From Rhodothermales bacterium (GTDB taxonomy: Bacteria; Bacteroidota; Rhodothermia; Rhodothermales; VXPQ01): DNA of 60,358 bases. Of the stretch, positions 9,745 through 20,332 are shown piece by piece (positions within the stretch are counted from its first letter, which is position 1; each line of letters starts with the position of its first letter). Where the stretch lies: assembly GCA_040904565.1 (NCBI GenBank), contig JBBDTI010000091.1:1-60358 (forward strand), written 5' to 3'. Under the pieces are notes generated by a model. It saw nothing but the letters and a program-made list of their open reading frames with translations, searched no databases and was not told the origin of the DNA. Position numbers and translations under genes: made by a program.

Positions 9745-11274
9745 TTAGAACAGTCCCGCCTCGCGTGCCAGGGCTTTCAGACGGCGCCGATTCACCTTCA
9801 GGCCCGACGTTGCTTGCTCCGGCCACGCGAAGAACGCATCGGGCACCATGAACCCGGGCAGGTCCGCCGCCACGGCACCCCGCAATTCGTCCGCCAGTCG
9901 TTCGTCCAACTGCTCGGGACGATCGCGATCCGTCTCTCGCCCTCCTGCCGGCGCGTCGCGCTTCGTTTCGACGAACGCGACGGGACGGTGCCCGAACTCG
10001 GCATGTTCTACCGGCACGACGACGACGCGCTCCACATCCTGCACCCGCATCATGGCTGCTTCGATCTCTTCCGGGAGCACGTTTTCGCCGCCCGACAAGA
10101 ACATATTGTCTACACGCCCCCGCACGATCAGGCGTCCGGCAGCATCCAATTGCCCCAGGTCCCCCGTCGCAAACCATCCCTCCTCGTCGAACGGACGGCG
10201 CAACTCGGTACCGTCGACGTATCCCGCGAACCGGGTCGCACCCCGAACGAGGACCTGGCCGGACGCGTCGATGCGCGCTTCCCGGTGCGGAAGCACGCGT
10301 CCGCTCGTCGCCAACTCCTCCCGCGAGGCACCCGGCGCCGTCGTCGCCACCTGAGACGCCATTTCCGTCAGACCGTAGCTGGTATGGATCGGAAGATCCC
10401 GCAGGATGGCTTCGTCGATCAGCGTGGCCGGGATCGCGCTTCCGCCGAGCAGCAGCGCCTTTTTCGGTTGGATGTCGGAGGTCGCCGCTCCCGATGCGCC
10501 GCCGAGCCCGCCGGTAGCGCGCGTGGACGTACCCGACGGTGACGTGTGCGACGAAGGGCCGGACATGCCGCGCAGCAGGCGCCAAAGCTGGGTCGACACC
10601 ATCGATGCATGCGTGACGCCGTCGAGCGAAGCCACGAGGTCCGCCCCTCGATCCGGAATCGAGACCGTCGCCCGTGCGAGCAGGCACCGAAAGAGAATGG
10701 CGAGTCCGCCCACGTGGTAAATCGGCAGCGAAAGCAACCAGCGGTCGCCTGGACCGAGAGAAATATTCTCGTTCGATCCCAACGCACTGTAGTAGTGATT
10801 CCCGTAGGTGTGCAGCGCGGCGCGTGCCGGTCCCGACGACCCCGACGTGAAGACGATCGTCGCCGGTCGATCGGACGGGATATCGTAGGCCAACCCTCGT
10901 GCGGAGGCAATGACGTCGACGGGATCGAGCGCCCCCTCGAACGGCACGGAGCTGACGGCGAGACGTGCGCCGAGATCGACCATGCGCCTTCGTGCCGACG
11001 CAGGCGGAAGTCTGGTGCTGATCGGACACGCCACCGCGCCGGCGCGCATCACGGCCAGGATCAGCACGACGGATTCCCGCCCATTCTCCAACACGATCCC
11101 CACCCGGTCCCCCGGCTCCGTGCCGGCACGTTGGAGCCGCCGGGCCGTGCCCGATACGTAGTCGTCCAGTTCGCCGTAGGTGAGACGGCCGGCGGGCGAA
11201 TCCAGGGCCGGCGCATCCGGCTGCCGCTCAGCTGCCCGGTGCAGTGGACAGGGAATTTCCTCGCGATTCGGCAT
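9745..11274 (-). CDS. menE: O-succinylbenzoate-CoA ligase
   Basis: FTSGSSG, YHVGGL, SYGLTEMASQ, TGDLG, GRVDNMFLSGGENV; start taken at ATG 11274 (MPNREE) just after menA rather than the longer track ORF. Confidence 0.92.
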   Translation of the reverse strand: MPNREEIPCPLHRAAERQPDAPALDSPAGRLTYGELDDYVSGTARRLQRAGTEPGDRVGIVLENGRESVVLILAVMRAGAVACPISTRLPPASARRRMVDLGARLAVSSVPFEGALDPVDVIASARGLAYDIPSDRPATIVFTSGSSGPARAALHTYGNHYYSALGSNENISLGPGDRWLLSLPIYHVGGLAILFRCLLARATVSIPDRGADLVASLDGVTHASMVSTQLWRLLRGMSGPSSHTSPSGTSTRATGGLGGASGAATSDIQPKKALLLGGSAIPATLIDEAILRDLPIHTSYGLTEMASQVATTAPGASREELATSGRVLPHREARIDASGQVLVRGATRFAGYVDGTELRRPFDEEGWFATGDLGQLDAAGRLIVRGRVDNMFLSGGENVLPEEIEAAMMRVQDVERVVVVPVEHAEFGHRPVAFVETKRDAPAGGRETDRDRPEQLDERLADELRGAVAADLPGFMVPDAFFAWPEQATSGLKVNRRRLKALAREAGLF

Positions 11275-11276
11275 AA

Positions 11277-12182
11277 TCAGAGCATCCAGCCGATTCCGAA
11301 CAGGATGCAATAGACGAGCAGGAGCTTCGACGTCGTGCCGAGTAGCGGGTTGAGTGCGCGGGCGTCGCGTTCGTCGCGGAGGCGCCGCATGACGCGAGCT
11401 CCGAACGGTACGACGCCCACCGCGGCCACTGCAGGCCAGTGGTTTTCGACCACCAACGCGGTCACGAGTACTACGAGCGCTGCACCCGCGATGCAGCCGC
11501 CGTACAGCGCGACGCCGGCAGGCCGCCCCCAGCGGACGACGAGCGTCTTCTTCCCGGCGGCACGATCCTCGTCTACGTCGCGGACGTTGTTCACGAGCAG
11601 GATGGCCGTGGCCAGGAATCCGGGCCCGAATCCGGCAAGTACGACGACGGGCGTCACATCGAGGGCCTGCACGTAGTACGTGCCGGCCACGGCGATCGGA
11701 CCGAAAAAGACGAGCACGAACAGGTCGGCCAGCCCCAGATAGGCCAGCGAGTATCGCCCGGCCGTATAGAGGACGCCGAACAGGATCGATGCAACGCCGA
11801 TGACCAGAATTGGCCACCCACCCCGCGCGATAAGATACAGTCCGGCCGCAAAGGCCAGCCCGAACGTGACGACCGCGGCGCGGCGGACGGCCTCCGGACG
11901 AATGAGGCCGGCCTGCGTTACCCGCGTCGGGCCCTTCCGATCTTTCGTATCGGCCCCTTTGACGTAATCATGGTAATCGTTCGAAAAGTTCGTTCCGACC
12001 TGAATCAGCACGGCGGCCATCAGAGCGCTCAGCGCCGCCACCGCGTGAAAGCCGCCCGCCTCGACGGCGAACGCCGTTCCGAGCAGGACGGGCGCAACGG
12101 CGGCCCACAGCGTCTTTGGCCGCGCCGCCATGACCCAGAGCGCTGGACCGGACGGCATCTGAACGGCTGAGGAATCCGACAT
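11277..12182 (-). CDS. menA: 1,4-dihydroxy-2-naphthoate polyprenyltransferase
   Basis: ARPKTL, NFSNDYHD, NNVRDVDED-KKTL UbiA-family motifs; multiple TM helices; men cluster. Confidence 0.95.
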   Translation of the reverse strand: MSDSSAVQMPSGPALWVMAARPKTLWAAVAPVLLGTAFAVEAGGFHAVAALSALMAAVLIQVGTNFSNDYHDYVKGADTKDRKGPTRVTQAGLIRPEAVRRAAVVTFGLAFAAGLYLIARGGWPILVIGVASILFGVLYTAGRYSLAYLGLADLFVLVFFGPIAVAGTYYVQALDVTPVVVLAGFGPGFLATAILLVNNVRDVDEDRAAGKKTLVVRWGRPAGVALYGGCIAGAALVVLVTALVVENHWPAVAAVGVVPFGARVMRRLRDERDARALNPLLGTTSKLLLVYCILFGIGWML

Positions 12183-12187
12183 GACGA

Positions 12188-13012
12188 TCAGGGTCGGTAT
12201 GGAAACTTGGAAAAGTCGGGCTTCCGCTTCTCGTTGAAGGCATTGCGTCCCTCCTGGCCTTCCTCCGTCTGGTAGAAGAGCAGCGTCGCGTTGCCGGCGA
12301 GCTCCTGCAGCCCGGCCTGGCCATCGCAGTCGGCGTTCATGGCGGACTTCAGACAGCGGATGGCCATCTGCGAGTTCTGGAGGATCTCACGGCACCACTG
12401 CACCGTCTCTTCCTCGAGCCGATCGAGGGGGACGACCGTGTTGACGAGCCCCATGTCCAGCGCCTGCTGTGCGTCGTAAGGCCGGCAGAGGTACCAGATT
12501 TCCCGGGCTTTCTTCTGACCCACGATCCGCGCCAGATACGACGCACCGTAGCCACCGTCGAAGGACCCGACCTTGGGACCCGTCTGCATGAACTGCGCAT
12601 TGTCCGCCGCAATCGTCAGGTCGCACAGCACGTGGAGCACGTGTCCGCCCCCTACGGCCCATCCGGCAACCATGGCGATGACCGGCTTCGGGCAGCTCCG
12701 CATCTCACGCTGAAAATCCAGCACGTTCAGACGCATCACGCCCGTTCCCTCTTCCTTATACCCGGCGTCACCTCGAATGGACTGATCGCCACCCGAGCAG
12801 AAGGCCTTGGGCCCCTCGCCGGTGAGAATAATGACGCCGACCTCATGGTCGTCCCGCGCATCATCGAGCGCGTCGCGCATCTCCTTCACGGTCAGCGGCC
12901 GGAACGCGTTGCGCACCTCCGGACGGTTGATGGTGATCTTAGCGATCCCCTCGGCCTTGTGGTATTTGATATCCGTGTATGATTTTGCCTCTTTCCAGTT
13001 GACAGCGGCCAT
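12188..13012 (-). CDS. menB: 1,4-dihydroxy-2-naphthoyl-CoA synthase
   Basis: [41 protein letters not shown]. Confidence 0.98.
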   Translation of the reverse strand: MAAVNWKEAKSYTDIKYHKAEGIAKITINRPEVRNAFRPLTVKEMRDALDDARDDHEVGVIILTGEGPKAFCSGGDQSIRGDAGYKEEGTGVMRLNVLDFQREMRSCPKPVIAMVAGWAVGGGHVLHVLCDLTIAADNAQFMQTGPKVGSFDGGYGASYLARIVGQKKAREIWYLCRPYDAQQALDMGLVNTVVPLDRLEEETVQWCREILQNSQMAIRCLKSAMNADCDGQAGLQELAGNATLLFYQTEEGQEGRNAFNEKRKPDFSKFPYRP

Positions 13013-13018
13013 GGGTAG

Positions 13019-13816
13019 TCAGGATTGATGTCTTAAGAAGTCGCTAAGGATTTTCGTGAAGGTCTCCGGGACCTCGGCATGCACGTTGTGACCGGCGTCC
13101 GGAACCACCTCGTAACGCGAGCGCGGCATCGCATCGGCCATACGCTCGCCGATCTTAACATATTTATCGTCGAGGCCGCCGACCAGGATGCATGTGGGCC
13201 GATCGACGTGATCCAGACGATCCCAGAGTGAAGGCTGACGTCCGGTCCCCATCTCGCGCAGCGAGCGGGCCAGCTCATTTGGATGATTCGATCTCCTCGA
13301 CCGAATCATCTGCCCAAGGAGACCCTCGTACTGCCGATAGGTTTCGAAAAGCGGCTGCCGATACCAGTCCACCAGAAATGCCTCGAAATCCGTCGTTTCG
13401 ATCCGGACGGCGCGTTCTTCGTCGACCTGCCTGCGCTCCGCCCGCTCGCGTTCGGTGGCGAGTCCGGGTGAGGCAGACTCCAGCACGAGACACCTGCACC
13501 GGTCCGCATGGTTCGCCGCGACGTGAAGGGCCGTACGGCCGCCCATCGAATACCCGACCAGGTGGGCGCGGTCGATTCCTTCGCGGTCGAGTACGTCGAC
13601 GAGGCGTCCGGTCGCGTCCTCCATGGAATAGGCGCCGGAGAGTCCGACCGATCGACCGTGACCGGGCAGGTCTACGCAGAGGCAGCGGTACGTCGATTGA
13701 AGGACGCCGACGACATCCGACCAGTCCGCCTGCGAACCCATGAAGCCGTGAAGAAACAGGATCGGATCGCGAGCGGGGTCGCCGTGCGTCACGTAAGACA
13801 GCGCGCCGTCGCTCAT
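13019..13816 (-). CDS. menH: SHCHC synthase (alpha/beta hydrolase)
   Basis: FLHGF, DLPGHG, GYSMGGR, AGHNVH; between menD and menB. Confidence 0.93.
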   Translation of the reverse strand: MSDGALSYVTHGDPARDPILFLHGFMGSQADWSDVVGVLQSTYRCLCVDLPGHGRSVGLSGAYSMEDATGRLVDVLDREGIDRAHLVGYSMGGRTALHVAANHADRCRCLVLESASPGLATERERAERRQVDEERAVRIETTDFEAFLVDWYRQPLFETYRQYEGLLGQMIRSRRSNHPNELARSLREMGTGRQPSLWDRLDHVDRPTCILVGGLDDKYVKIGERMADAMPRSRYEVVPDAGHNVHAEVPETFTKILSDFLRHQS

Positions 13817-15594
13817 GGTTCGATGGCCCCGGCGGCCAGCGCCTCGAGCCGGCGATGCCGCTGCAGATTGTCAGATCGATTCGTCCGGACCTCTATCAGG
13901 CAAGACCGTCCGTCTTCGACCGCGCCGGCATAGGCGGCCTCCAGCTCCGCTACCGACCGGGCACGTTCATACGGAAGCCCGAACACGGCCGCCGCATGTT
14001 CGAACTCGTAGGCATGCGGCGTGCCGAAATAGGGCTCGAAGACGTCCTCGTGCTCGGCGATCGGCAGAAAGGAGAATATACCCCCGCCTTGATTGTTTAC
14101 CGCCAGAACGACGACCGGAGTGGTCGAGGCGGCGATCAGGGCCAGGCTGTTCAGGTCGTGGAGCAGCGCCAGGTCGCCGATCACGAGCGTCGTGAGGCGC
14201 TGGAGTCCGGCAGCCAGTCCGGCCGCCGTAGCAACCGTCCCATCGATTCCCGACGCGCCGCGATTCGCAACGACGAGCGGGGCCTCGCCGCGAGCCGCCC
14301 CGTCCACTACGGAACCGTACATGTCGACGTCGCGAACGGGCATGCTGCTCGCCAGCACGAGTCCGGATCCCTCCGGTGCGAGCGCCGTGACGAGCCGGGC
14401 TACGGCGGGTTCGGAGAGGGTGCGGGGGACGTGCTCGTCGAGAACGGACTGCACGGACTCCGATGCCGCCGTCCAACCCCGGGTCCACGCTCCAGCGGCA
14501 CGCTCCTCGTCGATCTGCTCGACGACGGCCCGGCAAAACCGCACGACGTCCGCCTCGACGCGGTCGGTCACGCCGTGACGGGGGTCGATCCGATCCGGAC
14601 GCTCACAGACGACTATGTGGGTCGCCGGCCTGGCATCGGCCAGGTACCGACCGAGTCGTTTCGACGTAGGCCTCGCGCCAAACTGCAGCACGGCATCCGG
14701 TCGATAGCTGGACGTGAAGGTCGGATGGGTGAGCATCAGGTCGTAATAATAGGCCGGGTGGTCGGGCCGGCTCCCCCCTCCCAGCCGCAGCTGCGAACAG
14801 ACGTCGGGCAGTACCGGCCATGCCAGGCGATCGGAGAGCCGGCGCACGGCATCCGCCTGTGCCCTCGTATCGAGGCGTCCCGCGACGATGAGTCCGCGCT
14901 CGGCATCTTCCAGCCGCGCCCACAATGCTCCCACCTCTTCGTCGGTCGGGTACGGCGGAGCGCCGGCATACCGCGTATAGGGTTCATCGCGTTCCATCCA
15001 CCCGCCCAGCATGATGAGGTAATCGGCATAGCTGCCCCCGTCGGGGTCCGGCGCGAGCGGCTCGCGAAACATCGCATTGAGGTGCACGGGGCCGCTCGGG
15101 GCGCGCCTCGCTCGGTAGACCGCCTGATCGGCCGTCGTGAGAACGAAAGCCGGGTCGATGTCTACGGTCGGGACGGGCAGATCGAACGCCCAGCGCACGT
15201 AATCACCGAAGAGCTTGACCTGATCGACGGTTTGATTGGCGCCCGTCGCTCGGAGCTCGGGCGGACGGTCGGCCGTGAGCAGCACCATCGGCACGCCGTC
15301 CGTCGCCGCCTCCACGACCGCGGGCATGCCGTTGGCCACCGCCGTACCCGACGTGGTGATCCACGCGGCGGGGCGACGCGTCGCGCGGGCGAAACCGAGC
15401 GCGCAGAAGGCACTGCCTCGCTCGTCGAAATGCATCAGATCGCGCGCACGCGGATTGGCTGCCACGGCCGTCGTCAGGGGCGTACTGCGGGAGCCGGGCG
15501 CGAGGCAGAACAGGCCGACGCCGGCGCGAACGAGCTCCTCTACGAGCAGGTCGGCCCAGATGCGGTTGATGTTGGTTGCTTCAGGACCCGTCAT
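13813..15594 (-). CDS. menD: SEPHCHC synthase
   Basis: PGSRSTPL, DERGS, TSGTAVAN, TADRPPEL, NRGASGIDG, GDLALLHD; start at 15594 or 15600. Confidence 0.96.
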   Translation of the reverse strand: MTGPEATNINRIWADLLVEELVRAGVGLFCLAPGSRSTPLTTAVAANPRARDLMHFDERGSAFCALGFARATRRPAAWITTSGTAVANGMPAVVEAATDGVPMVLLTADRPPELRATGANQTVDQVKLFGDYVRWAFDLPVPTVDIDPAFVLTTADQAVYRARRAPSGPVHLNAMFREPLAPDPDGGSYADYLIMLGGWMERDEPYTRYAGAPPYPTDEEVGALWARLEDAERGLIVAGRLDTRAQADAVRRLSDRLAWPVLPDVCSQLRLGGGSRPDHPAYYYDLMLTHPTFTSSYRPDAVLQFGARPTSKRLGRYLADARPATHIVVCERPDRIDPRHGVTDRVEADVVRFCRAVVEQIDEERAAGAWTRGWTAASESVQSVLDEHVPRTLSEPAVARLVTALAPEGSGLVLASSMPVRDVDMYGSVVDGAARGEAPLVVANRGASGIDGTVATAAGLAAGLQRLTTLVIGDLALLHDLNSLALIAASTTPVVVLAVNNQGGGIFSFLPIAEHEDVFEPYFGTPHAYEFEHAAAVFGLPYERARSVAELEAAYAGAVEDGRSCLIEVRTNRSDNLQRHRRLEALAAGAIEP

Positions 15595-17005
15595 GCGCAT
15601 AGAGACCGAACACCTTGGCAAAGTCACTGGTTTTCTGCTCGATCTCGTCCCATTCAGATGCGGCGTCGGAGCCCCGGACGATCCCTGCGCCGGAATAAAG
15701 GGACAGGCTGTTGGCGCGGACGAGTCCACAGCGAAGTGCGACGGCAAATTCGGCGCCCTGCGATCCGATCCATCCTACCGGACCGGCATACCAGCCCCGA
15801 TCGAAGGCCTCCAGATCGCGGATGGCTCGGAGCGCTGTCTCCGTCGGATAGCCTCCTACGGCGGGCGTCGGATGCAGCGCCCGCATGACGTCGCTGCCAT
15901 GCACGCCCTCCTTCAGAAGGCCCTCGCTCCGCGAGATGAGATGCCACCCCCGCGTGAGCTTCAAACCGGACGCTTCGGCGTCGATATCAAACACGTCACA
16001 GAGCGGTTCGAGCGCCTCGCGAATGCTGTCGCGCACGTAGGCGTGCTCACGCTGGTCCTTCTCGCTCGCGAGGAGCGACGCGACGGCGCCGCGGTCCTCC
16101 GCCTCCGTCTCCCCTCGAGGCCTGGTTCCGGCGACGGCCTCCGTCCAGATGCGCCGCCCGCTGCGTCGAAAAAGACGTTCGGGCGTGGCTCCGACGAGCG
16201 CCGAATCACCGCCGAACTGGAAGGCAAAATGGAAGCAATTGGCCGTCACCTTTTCCAGCTCTTTGAGAATGGTGATGGGATCGAGCCGGTCCGAAAACTC
16301 GTAAGCTGCTCGTCGCGCAAGCACGATCTTCTCCAGCCCTTCTCGTCGCTGATCGATCGCGTCGAGGGCCCGTGCGAGCTTGTCGAACCATCCATCCCGA
16401 TCGGGTGTGTCCGATCGAGAATCGGGCAGGGGGAGTGCTCCATCGAGCGGGTCGACCGGAAACCGGAGCTGCTCGATCTCCTCGAGGATGTGCGCGCGCC
16501 GGTCTACGTCCCGCGGAAGCAGCAGATTGCAGCCCAGGACGGCGGCCTCGCCATGCTTCATCAGCACGAAGCGCGGCAGGGTGAACGCGAACGTGCCGAA
16601 CGGTTGCCACTCCGCGCTCGTTTTTGCGTCCAGATCGAAGCGAAACCCCCCGAAATAGCGTACGCGGGCATCGCTTCCCGGCAGGACCACGTCGAGCTGC
16701 GACCGGAGGGATTCGAAGCCGTCCACGCGGCCCCCGACGCATCGATCGGCCGCACCCACGGCCGCCGTCAGCCGATCGTCGCCGCGCCCGTGCCAGTAGA
16801 TCTTCGGCATAAGCTCTTGCGCGGCGAGCCAGGCATGCGGGTCCGGCGCGGCAATGCGAACGACGAGCCGGATCACGTGCAGGTCCGAGACCCCGTCCCC
16901 GCCTCTGGAAAGCAGCTCGTCGACCCGGCGGGCGAGCACGGTACGTACGCGCGCCGGGTCCCCCAGGACGTCGTCCGATATGAGAATATCGCGGTGGTCA
17001 ACCAT
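15581..17005 (-). CDS. menF: Isochorismate synthase
   Basis: KIVLAR, GATPERL, AVAGT, KDQREH, LHPTPAVGG, RGWYAG, GAGIV. Confidence 0.93.
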   Translation of the reverse strand: MVDHRDILISDDVLGDPARVRTVLARRVDELLSRGGDGVSDLHVIRLVVRIAAPDPHAWLAAQELMPKIYWHGRGDDRLTAAVGAADRCVGGRVDGFESLRSQLDVVLPGSDARVRYFGGFRFDLDAKTSAEWQPFGTFAFTLPRFVLMKHGEAAVLGCNLLLPRDVDRRAHILEEIEQLRFPVDPLDGALPLPDSRSDTPDRDGWFDKLARALDAIDQRREGLEKIVLARRAAYEFSDRLDPITILKELEKVTANCFHFAFQFGGDSALVGATPERLFRRSGRRIWTEAVAGTRPRGETEAEDRGAVASLLASEKDQREHAYVRDSIREALEPLCDVFDIDAEASGLKLTRGWHLISRSEGLLKEGVHGSDVMRALHPTPAVGGYPTETALRAIRDLEAFDRGWYAGPVGWIGSQGAEFAVALRCGLVRANSLSLYSGAGIVRGSDAASEWDEIEQKTSDFAKVFGLYAHDGS

Positions 17006-17009
17006 GTCG

Positions 17010-17654
17010 TTACTCCATCAGCACCGAATCGACACGCGGCAGATGAGCGGTGCAGTTGAGCAACGATGACTCGTATCGGCGATCGCGATACGTCACGACG
17101 TTGACGCAGGTGTTCGCGTGATCGAACTCGTTCATTCGCTCCAGGCCTACATCCAGAATGGAGGCCAGCAGTACGCGGAGGAGACGGCCGTGCGCTACGA
17201 CGAGAACGGTGCTGCCGCGCTGGTTCGCGACGATGTGGTCCACGGCCGCCACCGAACGCTCCTGTACGTCGTAGATGGACTCGCCTTCCTCTACGCGGTG
17301 CTCGAAATTCCCGCGGTCCCATTCGGCGTACATGCGGTCGAGCATCTGCCGGAGGCGATCGGACGGCTTCTCGCCCTCGTAGACGCCCCAGGACATTTCG
17401 TCGAGTCCGGGAAGACTGTAGCGGGGCACGTCCGGATGATGCACGGCGACGATCTCGGCCGTCTCGATGGAGCGGGACAGAGCACTCGTATAGATGGCGT
17501 CAAGCGAGGCACCGGAAAAACGACGTGCGAGCGCCCTGGCCTGACGCCGGCCGGTCTCGTTCAGCGAGCTGTCGATGCGGCGCCCCTGCATGATGCGGCG
17601 GCGGTTGTATTCGGTCTCGCCGTGACGGACGAGGTAGAGTGTCGTTTCGGTCAT
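17010..17654 (-). CDS. Histidine phosphatase family protein
   Basis: LVRHGET and VAHG motifs. Confidence 0.88.
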   Translation of the reverse strand: MTETTLYLVRHGETEYNRRRIMQGRRIDSSLNETGRRQARALARRFSGASLDAIYTSALSRSIETAEIVAVHHPDVPRYSLPGLDEMSWGVYEGEKPSDRLRQMLDRMYAEWDRGNFEHRVEEGESIYDVQERSVAAVDHIVANQRGSTVLVVAHGRLLRVLLASILDVGLERMNEFDHANTCVNVVTYRDRRYESSLLNCTAHLPRVDSVLME

Positions 17655-17692
17655 GGACGGTGCAGTCGTCGAATACCAGTACGAGGTGTCGA

Positions 17693-18325
17693 TCAGTCTT
17701 TCGTAAACCGCTCAACGATCCGTCGCTCCAGCACATCGAGCTGTGGGAGCGACACGCTATATTTCATGGCGGCGCGGATGATGAACGCACGAAGGATGTG
17801 GTCGGCAACCGGCATCTTGTACATGGTTCCCCAGATCAGGCGGACGATCAGTTCGGTGACGCGCTCGACGACGCCCCAGCGGACGAGGATGAATCCAGCC
17901 AGACCGGCCCACACCGCGACGAATCGACCCGCCGAGGCCATGTAGCTGAGGACCGCCACGTAGTACAACCCCTGAAGCCACACGAGATCGAGCACGCTCA
18001 ACACGCGCTGAAGCACCCGGCTTACCAGCGACGGACCGAGACTGCGCCAGCCTACGAACACCGTCAGGGCCGCAAGGGCAGCCGGAAGCGGGTCTATCGC
18101 TGCCAGAAAAACAGGAAAGAGCCATACCGTGAACGTCTGTGGAGATCTAAGCCAGACTTCGGACCGTTCGATGAGACGCTCGATGGACTCGTGTTCGAGG
18201 ACCTCTCCCGCGTACTTCTCCAGCTCGGACTCCGTCGTGCGGAACCAGACGCCCGCAGCGGTAAAAATGCCTTTCGGCGTGTCTACGTACGTCGAGCTGT
18301 TGATGTAACGGTCCCGGTCTGTCAT
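17693..18325 (-). CDS. Hypothetical membrane protein
   Basis: 210 aa with several hydrophobic segments, co-oriented with the men operon; no family recognised. Confidence 0.65.
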   Translation of the reverse strand: MTDRDRYINSSTYVDTPKGIFTAAGVWFRTTESELEKYAGEVLEHESIERLIERSEVWLRSPQTFTVWLFPVFLAAIDPLPAALAALTVFVGWRSLGPSLVSRVLQRVLSVLDLVWLQGLYYVAVLSYMASAGRFVAVWAGLAGFILVRWGVVERVTELIVRLIWGTMYKMPVADHILRAFIIRAAMKYSVSLPQLDVLERRIVERFTKD

Positions 18326-18620
18326 GCTGGATGCCGATGCTGGATACCGTGGCGCGATCTTCTTCGCCGGATGCGAACGCGCGCCGCTGCGTCGGTAGAG
18401 ACGCCTCCTTCGACGCCGGTCTTGCAGGTCTTCGACTCATCAACAGGCCATCTGATGCCTGCACGTTAACAAATGCCGATATCCCAGGTTTCGCCTGAGA
18501 AGGGTTCCAACACCGAGGTGCAAGATCCGAACGGGCCGTCTCAAATGGAACTGCGACCCCCGCCGTACATACAATATGATATTTCGATGAAGTCTGGTTA
18601 TCCTGCCGGGAGGTAGTGTC

Positions 18621-19070
18621 ATGCGTCGCCACGTCTCAGACCTGCTCCGCACCGGAGCGGTCGTCGTTTACACATCTGCCCAGGCCAGCGTCGCGGAAGC
18701 CGTCGAAAAGATGACCCGTCACAACGTAGGGTCCATCCTGGTCATGAAGAACAACCACCAGCTCGTCGGTATCTTCACGGAGCGAGACCTGCTCCATCGT
18801 GTCGCCGCGAAGAATCTCAACCTTCAGCAGACCAAGATCGGCGACGTCATGACCTCGGACGTTATCGTCGTGTCCTCCGATACGCCTCGCGGGGAGGTAC
18901 GACGGCTCATGGATACCCATCATATCCGGCACATTCCCGTGAGCGACGGAAAGCACATCATCGGCGTGATTTCCCTGCGAGACGTGCTGCGCTTCGAAAA
19001 TGCGGAGAAGGAGTTCGAGATCGAGCAGCTTCGGCACTACATCCATCAGCCCGGACCGAACATCGCTTGA
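18621..19070 (+). CDS. CBS domain pair protein
   Basis: VGIFTERD, IRHIPV, GVISLRD; GGAGG upstream of the ATG. Confidence 0.9.
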   Translation: MRRHVSDLLRTGAVVVYTSAQASVAEAVEKMTRHNVGSILVMKNNHQLVGIFTERDLLHRVAAKNLNLQQTKIGDVMTSDVIVVSSDTPRGEVRRLMDTHHIRHIPVSDGKHIIGVISLRDVLRFENAEKEFEIEQLRHYIHQPGPNIA

Positions 19071-19133
19071 GAGAGGGGCGCCGCGCGAGCGGGCGGGTGA
19101 AGGCCCGTCGATGTTGCGATCGATTATCGTCTG

Positions 19134-20147
19134 TCAGTCGATCCGCGCGTAATAGCCCAGCCGCTGCGGAATGATTTCGACGTCCCGCAGAATGATATCA
19201 TCCGGCAGCTCAATATTCGGGCGCACGTACCCGGTCGTGTCTACGCGAATCTCGTCGTACGATACCGTCGCGAAGAAGTCCATAGCATCCTGCGCATCCT
19301 GGTACTGCGACAACGGCACCCTGTATCGAACCCGGATCGTAGAAGGCTCGAGGGAAACCAGGGTTTGCGTCGACGGTTGCCCCTGAACCGTCACATCAAG
19401 CTCACGCGTTCCTTCCGTAAACTGCTGGGCAACGGCACGCAGCGTCACGGCTTCGACATCCTTCAGGACCAGACCGTTCAGCGTGTCGGAGAGGGGGATA
19501 CGCACATGAAGAGAATCCCGCACGTCCTCGAACGATCGGTACGCGGTCGGCCAATAGTCCAGCTCACCTATTACGGACGCCGCTCCCGTGGCCTCGACGG
19601 AGTCCGGTGAAATCTCCGGCGGACCGAGCAAATCGTGCGTACCGGGTGTCTCGATGTCCGCTCGCAACTGCACCGGCACTCGCCGGCTGATGCGTCGCTC
19701 CTTCCAGAGATTCATCACGTTCGGACTCACGCTCTGCACCTGGACGTTGCTGGGAAGGTCCGGAATCGCATCGGTTACCTGAACCTCCGACTGTGAGGCG
19801 TCGATGGGCATGGTTGGAGGCCGAAGATGGAGACGCAGGAGCGACCATCCGTCGCCGCTGACCTGTACGCGCACGGTCGACGGAGGAACCTGCGAGAGTG
19901 CCTGATTCTCAGGCACGTTTACCACCTGGGTCGGCATTTCGATGATGCGCGTATGCGTTTCGCGCATCGTGAAGGTAAACCACAGCAGGCTCGAGACGAG
20001 GATGGACATGGTAATCGCCATCCCGCGCCGGTGCGGGCGTTCTTCGTATCCCTCGTCCGTCGTCCGTACCGTGAAGAGGCTGTGCAGCCGCTCCCAGACA
20101 GGCGCTTGCCGCGAGGTGCCGTCCTGATTTGCGTTATTTTGCGACAC
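19134..20147 (-). CDS. YbbR/CdaR-like domain membrane protein
   Basis: Single TM ending LLWF, then repeated PxxVxV beta domains (PSTVRVQVSG, PDSVEATGA, PSTIRV). Confidence 0.75.
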   Translation of the reverse strand: MSQNNANQDGTSRQAPVWERLHSLFTVRTTDEGYEERPHRRGMAITMSILVSSLLWFTFTMRETHTRIIEMPTQVVNVPENQALSQVPPSTVRVQVSGDGWSLLRLHLRPPTMPIDASQSEVQVTDAIPDLPSNVQVQSVSPNVMNLWKERRISRRVPVQLRADIETPGTHDLLGPPEISPDSVEATGAASVIGELDYWPTAYRSFEDVRDSLHVRIPLSDTLNGLVLKDVEAVTLRAVAQQFTEGTRELDVTVQGQPSTQTLVSLEPSTIRVRYRVPLSQYQDAQDAMDFFATVSYDEIRVDTTGYVRPNIELPDDIILRDVEIIPQRLGYYARID

Positions 20148-20332
20148 GGTGGCTCGAAGGATGTCTATGGTCGGCGCAACGCCGGATCGTGCACTTTCAC
20201 GCCTCAGGTCCGGTGTTTGTTCGAACGCCGCTCGGCTCCTCGCTGACTGGACGGGCGGCGTACAGTTCGGGCGTGCCTCGCCGGCCTCCTACGCCGTGCT
20301 CCACGCCCGGTCACCTCCGGCAGGTCGATCGA

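Noticed and set aside
11275-11817. N-terminal extension of the menE ORF (690 aa in the track) as a fusion, e.g. with MenC
   Set aside because: It overlaps menA in another frame and is Arg-rich nonsense with no enolase motifs.
18456-18482. GCCGATAT upstream of the CBS gene as a third sigma28 promoter
   Set aside because: No TAAA/TTAA-like -35 element at 15-nt spacing.
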